From the human T2T-CHM13v2.0 reference genome, Homo sapiens, in assembly GCF_009914755.1 (NCBI RefSeq), contig NC_060929.1: a stretch of 64,000 bases of DNA. One strand, 5' to 3'. Of the stretch, positions 55,620 to 64,000 are shown piece by piece. The number at the start of each line of letters is the position of its first letter. Within the stretch, counting starts at the first letter, position 1. The position numbers and the translations under genes were made by a program. The notes beneath the pieces were generated by a model. That model had not been told where the DNA came from. It saw only the letters and a program-made list of their open reading frames with translations, and made no database searches.

Positions 55620-56408
55620 TTTGTGGTGGTGCTATTCAAAAGCATCAAATTGTTGCAACCTCAATATTCACTATGCTTTAATTGTGTGATTTTTGTGAGT
55701 AATAATCAAAGAAACTTTTGTAGGACATTTATTATATAGACATTATAATCAAGACTCTATCAACAACTAATCCATTAGAATCTAAATAATATATCCAAAA
55801 TTCTGTAAATTGGAGTGTAAATTGGGACACCTGCCAAGTATAGTGACTTGATAACATTTATAGAGTATTGACCCATCCAGCCCAGACATACCTCTGTCAT
55901 CAAAAGAATACTAGTTAGACCAAGTAGACTTGAATTTAAGCCACACTCCCTTCTACTATGTGAAAATTGGGCAAAGCTTCTTAATTTCTTTAAGTATCTT
56001 TACCATGGCATGAAGATAACTTATACATCTACCGCCCATTAATGTAGTTGAAAATATATATGTATCTATCTCCTATTAAACAGAGATAATTTTTGATAAA
56101 CATGTTTTAAGGTGATTTGTGCCATTTTTTAAATTTCTTGTTTAGTCATCTTTTATCATTCTATGATAATTTCTGAGCTCCTACTATGTTCCAGGTACTG
56201 TTCCAGTTGGCAATATAACAAGAAGAGACAAGATCCAGATTCTAATGGAAATCTATTTTTTGGGGGGAGATGTAGATAATTACTCAGGATGTAAAAAGAA
56301 TGAACAAAATTTCAGATAGTGAGAAATATAACAAAGCTGAGAAGCAAATGGTATATTGAGACATACAGATGCTTAATATTTGATGCTTTTGAATAGCACC
56401 ACTACAAA
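55620..56408. repeat. Pair of 31-bp inverted repeats (55620-55650 and 56378-56408)
   Basis: tttgtggtggtgctattcaaaagcatcaaat versus atttgatgcttttgaatagcaccactacaaa, 30/31 complementary. Confidence 0.9.
56140..56345 (-). mobile_element. L2 3' fragment
   Basis: tgagctcctactatgttccaggtactgttc...tttcagatagtga. Confidence 0.65.
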
Positions 56409-56409
56409 C

Positions 56410-56765
56410 AACAAAAAGTAGCTGTTATTACCCCAGGCCAGAAGGACAAGGGCAGGGGATATGGTGTCACAGGAACTGGATGAAAGCTGGACACTGAGAA
56501 GGCAGTCTTCCAGATAGGAGCTGTGGTTCTAAAAGGATGAAGCCAGTGACAGATCTATAGCACTAAAGAAGAGAAAAGAAAGGGAAAAATAGCCCCAAAT
56601 TCTTCCTGCCCCTTCTCTGCTCTCTTACTGCCACTTGCCATTGTATGAGTCCAATAGGATAGAAGAAAGAACCATGGTGATACATGCTGTAGGACACTCC
56701 ACTTGAAGACCCTAATCAGAATACATAAGTAGTCTAAATGGGAAGAGAACACACAATCCACGTCC
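56410..56765 (-). mobile_element. LTR33-like ERVL LTR fragment
   Basis: agctgttattaccccaggccagaaggacaaggg, aaatagcccc...ctgccacttgccattg. Confidence 0.55.
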
Positions 56766-56804
56766 ACTCTATGTGATTTTGCCATGCCTAACTCACTACA
56801 TTCC

Positions 56805-57092
<288 letters not shown>

Positions 57093-57309
57093 AGTTACCA
57101 CCAAAAGATTTTCTTATGGAAGAATGTATTTATTCTTAAAATCCCAATTGAAGACAATATTTATGTTATATGATTAAAAAATTGCCTAAATCAATGAGCT
57201 CAACTGACATTGCTGCTCCCCTGTTCGCTCTAGATCCACTGCACAAGTTCCCTGACAAGAAAGTTTACATCAGTGGGACGGCAGGAGCTGTTCCTGCCGA
57301 AACCAAAGA

Positions 57310-57825
57310 GCATACCCTGATCTACCTGGCTCTGCATTATCTTCCCTAACCTACTCTCCAGTATCTCCTCATTCATCTCCCTTCCAAACTGTGTCTCAGT
57401 CACTGTGGCCTATTTTTTCATATTTGTTTAGTAAACACAGGTTGTTGTCCTCTTCTGATTCGTGGAACTCTGCTGGAAAGTACTTTCTCCACATTTTACC
57501 ATGGCTGCTGCTTTCTCATTTGTTCCAGATTGAGCTCAGTGGTCACCATATCAGGGGGATATCCCAGGAGAGCCCACTTATCTAATGGGTCTCCCAACAT
57601 TATACTCTCATACTCTTATCACAATATTTTTTGTTTTCTTTCTCTCTTTTTTTTCATCACTTAACAACCTACTTGATACTCATATGTTACCTGCCTCCCT
57701 CACTGCTTGAGCTCTCCAAGGTCATCATTCTTGTTCCCCCTCTTTACTTGCTTATCACAGAGTTCCCATTACCAAAAATACTTCATGGTACTTAGTGATC
57801 AATAAGAATTGAATGAATGAGTGAA
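57310..57825 (+). mobile_element. L2 3' region
   Basis: ccctgatctacctggctctg...catggctgctgctttctcatt...gaattgaatgaatgagtgaa tail. Confidence 0.68.
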
Positions 57826-59273
57826 GTGGGTAATGATTTTCCTAAAATTTATTATTTACTCCACTTGCTTAAAAAAAAAAAAAAACAGATTCTGTGACCA
57901 TCATTTAGATAGGGGAAACAATATAGTATTTTTTTTTTTTTTTTTTTTATAAAAAGATAAAGAGTATGTGTCGATACAAGTAGTGGGCATAGTTGGCGTG
58001 CCTTTCCATTACCAAGGAAGTATTCAACACCAAACTCTCAAGGGGATGGGTATATTAGAGACAGCACCTGGTGCAGTTTAAGTCTTATTGCAATTATATA
58101 GAAGTGATTTAGCTTAAAACATTTCAGTTATCATTTTATACTGTGAACAATGTTCCCAAAGTTTCTGGACTACTTAGGATGCTGTAATGGTTACTACTTA
58201 TAAAAAAAAAAATACCATTATGTAAGTTAGACATTTACTCAATAAAAACATGCATAAAAACTTTGACTAAATGCCCCTTTTTCTTAGCATATACACAATC
58301 ACATGCTTAAGAGGTGACATGTGCTTTTCTTCAGTAACTAATATTGCTGGAATAACAAAACAGTAAACTGAAAATATAAATTATAAGAAATAAGGAAACT
58401 ACAAATCATTTTTTTCTTTTTAAAGAAAGATATTATAAATCATATAATATCAAAAGTATCTAAACTTAGCCTAGAGAAATTACTGTACTCTTTCAATAAT
58501 CACTTGAAGGCATTTTACCATACTATGCTTGAAATATTTTGAAAACAAGTTGAGTATTATCTAATTTTTTAAGTTCTATACCCAGGTTAAAAACTGCTTT
58601 TTAAATTCCCCCAAATTTTGTCTCTAATGATAGTAATATAAATAACTAGATATTTCTAATCTTTAAAATAAGAAAGAAAACTTTTCCACAGTGGACAAAT
58701 GAATTGAGAGTTATGAATGAATTCACATACTTGGAAATTTATGTGAACTATGAGGTGTAGAAATATACAAAGATACTTTAAAAGATAGCACATAGAAAAG
58801 ATCTATACAGTTTATAGTTTTATACATAAAACACCATCTACCACATACTCAGGAGATGCTCACTGGAGATTTAAGGGAAACTTGTATGCTCAAAACAGAG
58901 ATTTATAGTAGTTTTATCTCTGCAAGGCACTTAGCTAGAGAAACAACTTGTGGCATAAATGTCAACTATTTCACACCCTTTTCCATATTACAAGGACTTT
59001 GATTTAGCTCCTTAGGACATACCACTACATTTACAAATGCCACCTCCCGACTAAACCAGCCTTTCTTACATGTGAGCCACAAACAGGATGTGAACTTGTT
59101 CTAAACCCAGGTGTTCTTTGAGTTATTATCTGTTCCAGAAATATATGAACATACACATGTACACACACATTGTCACAATTCAGGTAAAGGCATTCAGAAA
59201 ATTTTAATAAGACTAAAATATTAATGTAAATTTGGCACAATTTGAGTATATATATATAGAGAGAGAGAGAGAT

Positions 59274-59475
59274 AGCATTTATTGAGCAACTACTATGTGT
59301 TTGGCACTGTACCCTGTACTATGCAGCAGAAAGAGTAATACAGTTATTAGCTTCATTTCACAGATGGGAAAGCAGAAGCTTAAATACCTAAATTCACAGA
59401 GCTAATAAACAGAAAAACTAGGTTTTAAACGAAAGCAGTCTTTGATCCAGAGCATGGGTTTCTAACCTTACTGTA
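59274..59475 (-). mobile_element. MIR, preceded by (TA)n(GA)n
   Basis: agcatttattgagcaactactatgtg...catttcacagatgggaaagcaga...tccagagc. Confidence 0.75.
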
Positions 59476-60596
59476 TCGTGGGTATTATCGGCTTACTCTC
59501 AATTTTATGAAGCCCTAAAGTAACAATCTCATCTAAAAATCTCTAATAGAAACACTTTCTTTTGTGGTTAGGTACTGTTTTCTTAGGCTTATCTCTTTTA
59601 AAATTCAAATAATTCTTAAAGGACTTAATGTGTTTAAGTCTTCTATTTATTTGTAAGCTTACCTACTCCATGGGACCAGAGGCTTGTCATATTTATTCTT
59701 TAATCCGCAAATCTAACCTAGCACCTAGCCCAAAGTATGGGTATCCAGTGAATGGATAATGCATGTCAAGGTCTTAAACAGCTGAATGAGGATGCTAGGC
59801 AAATGTGAGTGTGTGTCTAATGTGTGAGAATGTGTATGGAAAACAATAAATTCAGATATTAAGAATATATAAGAAAATGGAAGAAAGGGCTCTATCTACC
59901 TCATAGGAGAACAGGAAATGCCGTTAAGCTGATGAATTTATTTAATCCAAAAATAAATGGAGGCAGTGCAAGTAGAAAATAATTTCTGCTTCAAAACAGC
60001 ATATTACTATAAATTAACAGTTGAATGTATGAATTTGTTAGCTCTGCAGCTATAGGCAAATAAATATATTCATTACCATGATGGTTTAAAATAGTGTCTA
60101 AAGCATTTAGAATAAATCAGAAATACCACCGAGTTCATTTGAAAAAGTGTCCATTCAAAATAGCAATTTATAGTTAGCAAGTTTTTTCCTATGAATTATT
60201 CATTATTTGAACAAATATTTGAGATACATCAGAGAACATAGAATAATAAGATCTTGCCCTCTCGTGGCTTATAGTCTCATAAGGATATGACAACAACAGA
60301 TAATAGACATAATAAATAAGTTAACTATATAATCTATTAGAAGGTAATTTGTAAGATAAAGAAAACCGAGTAGGATAAGAGGATTGGAAGCACAGAGGGC
60401 AGAGCACAATTTAGATAGAATGTATAGCATAAGGCTCATGAAGAAGGTGAGCTTTCCTCAAAGGCTTTAAGAAGGTTAGGGAGTTAGTAAAGTGGTTATC
60501 TGGGTAGCTGCTTTAAACTCTTAGTTTAAGAATAGTAAACTTCTAGATCAAAGGGCCTATGGCGGAAGGGCATCTGGCCTATTCAATGAACAGCAA

Positions 60597-60674
60597 TAGT
60601 GTGACCAACTGTTCGAATTTGCCTAGAATTGCCGTGGTTTAACACTGAATTCCATGTGTTGGGAAACCCCTCAG
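60597..60674 (+). mobile_element. MER81 fragment
   Basis: tagtgtgaccaactg...acactgaa...gggaaacccctcag. Confidence 0.65.
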
Positions 60675-60676
60675 AA

Positions 60677-61074
60677 CCATAGAAATGTATTGTCTCATAG
60701 TTCTGAAGGCTTAATGTCTGAAATCAAAATCTTGGCAAGGCAATGTTCCTTCTGAAACCTATAGAGGAAAGAACCTTCCTTGCCTTTCCAGATCCTGGTG
60801 GTTTGCTAGCAATTTTCGGTGTTCCTTGGCTTGTAGATGCATCTCCTCCATCCTCCATCTTCATGTGGCCACCTTCCCTCTATGTGTGTCTGTCTGTCTA
60901 CAAATTTCCCCTTTTTATAAGGACCCCAGTCATATTGATTTAGGGCCCACCCTAATGACCTATTTTAACTTGATTACTTCTGTTAAGATCCTGTTTCCAA
61001 CCAAGGCTACATTCTGAGGTACCTGGGGTCAGGACTTCATATCTTTTTGGGGTAACACAATTCAGCCCATAACA
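60677..61074 (-). mobile_element. MLT1C-like MaLR LTR
   Basis: agaaatgtattgtctcatagttctg, gttccttggcttgtagatgcatc, ttataaggaccccagtcatattg, caattcagcccataaca. Confidence 0.85.
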
Positions 61075-61245
61075 ATTGTAGAGGTTAAATTCTGGATATA
61101 TTTTGAGGCTGATACCAGCAAGATCTCCTGATAGATTAGATTTGGGAGGTGAGTGAGAAAGACATGAAGTATATCTCTAAATTCTCAGCCTGAGGAACTA
61201 AAAGATGTACTTGTAATCTAGTGAGATAAGGAAAGCTATGAGTAG

Positions 61246-61581
<336 letters not shown>

Positions 61582-62607
61582 TGAACAGGTTGAGTTTGGA
61601 ATATCTGTTGCCCTCCAATTGAGGTTGTAAGTAAACAGATATACAAGTCTAGGGGTCAGGAATCAGGTCTGGACTGAAAATATGCTTTTGAGATGGGTCA
61701 GCATATTGATGATTTTAATGTTCTGTAAGTAGAATAGATAGCCAAGGTGTCCACACAGGATACAGAAGAGTATTCCAAGCTAGTTCTGTGCCTGGGTCTT
61801 TTATCACCTAAGATATTTTCATTTATTTCAGTTGGTGTTATAAAATCCCCAGGAAGAAACAAATACTTTATTTAAATATTTTTTAAAATTCTTATAATAT
61901 CTTTAGGAAAGGAAATATTATTAGAGAATGAAAGATAGATTGACAATTTCTAAGCATTTGAGAAACACTGATTTAGAACTAAAAAAGAATATTTTAACTG
62001 GAAGATAAAATCTTTGGGATAAAGTTTGCAATTGCCTTCAAAATCTGAAAGCATAACTATTGCAATTCACTATATCGAAGACTGTCGTAGGAGCCAACGC
62101 TGTCAGCATTTCTAATGGATGGCTCCTTAGAGTTCTGGCACACTGTCTTTGGTGTAGACTGGCATCATAGTGGATTAGCTCTTCAGTTTCTTTCCAGCTC
62201 TTTTTCTCTTCCACATACACAATCTGTCTGTGTCAACTTTATTTCTACCAAGCTGGAGAAAATGAGCTGAAGTAGGGGAAGAGGGAAAATTGACAGGGAA
62301 TATATTCCTGACCAGCATTTGTGATATATTCTGTAACAGATAGGAAAACATGTCAAAAGATGGCCAGAATTTGTAATCTCTCTAGGCACAAATCCCATCT
62401 TGACTTGGAGGAAGTTAAAATAAATGTAACCTTTAGAAAGTTAAACTTGGATTTAGAGTGTGAATGTCTGCCAGTCCTATCTGATTGTCTTTCCAACAAA
62501 GATCTAGGATTTTCCATATTTACTATATACTCTTTTGCAAATAATTGCAGACAGATAAAATATAAAATATATTAAAATCACTCTGGAACATTTGAGATGT
62601 TCTAATA

Positions 62608-62740
62608 CAGCTTTCTCATCCTATGGACATTTGGGGCCATGTAAATCTTTGTTCTGAGAGGCTGTCCTGTAGCACCTCAGAGTCATGACAACAAAAATGT
62701 CTCCAAACATTACCAAATATCCCCTGGAAAGGGAAATTGT
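62608..62740 (+). mobile_element. MER20 fragment
   Basis: gacatttggggcc...ggctgtcctgt...tgacaacaaaaatgtctccaaacattaccaaat. Confidence 0.75.
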
Positions 62741-63389
62741 GCAGTATAGAGAGGCAAACTTAAATGTTTTCTCTTTATTGTTGTTGTTTGCTTTATCTTT
62801 CTACTGTGTTTAAACCAAGTTAGTAACTGCCATTTTACACACATAACCTCCTCTATCTCTCCATGCTTTGTACTGATTGACTTTTAGATGTCCTTCTTTC
62901 CAAAATTACACAAAAATTAAGGATCTAGTGAGAATTAGTCTTTCGGGCTTCCACATAACTATAATGCCCTATTAGCTGGCTCCTTCATACTTAGTGCAAT
63001 GATAACTGATGTTTATAATAAACTCAAAGCCTCATGAATTTCTCAAGTGCCTTTTGAATAGCCAAAGAAAGTTAAATTTCATTAAGTGTGGTTTTAAGTT
63101 TAAGTGTATTTTAATGTATTCACATTTTTTAAAATTGGTATTGTATACACGTGATAACTTTTTCCATTATTTGACCACAGGTGTACACAGAGGCAATACT
63201 AATAAATCCCTTTGGCATGACTGAATCATTTAAAGACATTAAGATGTCAGCTCAAGTTGGGCTGGAATTGGTACTTATTTCTCTTTTTTAAAAAGGTATT
63301 TACTAATAATTTATTGAAGTATTTATCTTATAGCCTGGTATATTTGATTGAAAAAATAGAATATTAACTCATTTACAAGTGATCATATG

Positions 63390-64000
63390 TTTTTATTTAA
63401 TTTTTTAAATCAACTTTTATTTTAAGTCCCAGGGTACATATGCAGGCTGTGCAGGTTGCTAACACAGGTAAACGTCCACCACGGTGGTTTGCTGCACAGA
63501 TTAACCCATCACCCAAGTATTAAATTCAGCACCCATTAGCTGTTCTTGATGTTCTCCCTTCCCCCAACCTCCTGACAGGCCCCAGTGTGTGTTGTTTCCT
63601 GCCAATGTGTCCATGTGTTCTCATCACTCAGCTCTCACTTACCAGTGAGAACATGCAGTGTCTGGTTTTCTGTTCCTGTGTTAGTTTGCTGAGGATAACA
63701 GCTTCCAGCTCCATTCATGTCCCTACAAAGGACATGATCTCATTCCCTTTTTATGCTTGCATAGTACTCCATGGTGTGTATGTACCACAGTTTCTTTATC
63801 CAGTATATTGTTGATGGACATTTGGGTTGATTCCCTGTCTTTGCTATTGTGAATAGTTCTGCAATGAATATACACGGGTATGTATCTTTATAATAGAATA
63901 ATTTATATTCCTTGGAGTATATACCCAGTAATGGGATTCCTGGATCAAATGGTTTTTCTGCCTCTGGATCTTTGAGGAATCTCCATACTGTCTTCCACAA
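63390..64000 (-). mobile_element. L1PA8-10-like 3' end, continues past the window
   Basis: caacttttattttaag...ggtggtttgctgcacagat; ORF2 C-terminal translation WKTVWRFLKD...NQPKCPS. Confidence 0.92.

Noticed and set aside
62035-62253. Possible minus-strand exon after cattttctccag
   Set aside because: Only a weak GC-type donor, unrecognised peptide, and opposite to the inferred transcription direction

Overview
AT-rich, repeat-dense primate (most likely human) genomic DNA. No protein-coding exon, structural RNA gene, CpG island or CRISPR array can be supported; the ORF-track entries are L1/Alu translations or chance ORFs. A large fraction is interspersed repeat: a full-length, disabled L1PA5-like element (35466-41634, minus strand, 15-bp TSD), a nested old-L1 cluster (about 41.9-51.4 kb), about 15 Alus, two THE1 solo LTRs, other LTRs, DNA-transposon fossils, and MIR/L2 relics. 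Subfamily names are from recall of consensus sequences, not from a RepeatMasker run. A strong minus-strand bias of L1s and Alus plus several splice-site-bounded segments suggest an intron of a + strand transcript. The most unusual structures are a 26-27-bp-period array carrying 8 exact TAATGARAT motifs (54553-54960), a 31-bp-stem pre-miRNA-like hairpin (22390-22455), a near-perfect 31-bp inverted pair about 730 bp apart (55620/56408), a 25-bp Alu stub with a T54 tail and no TSD, a perfect 30-bp VNTR, and an ancient 18-bp-period repeat. None of these is demonstrated to be a new biological system.
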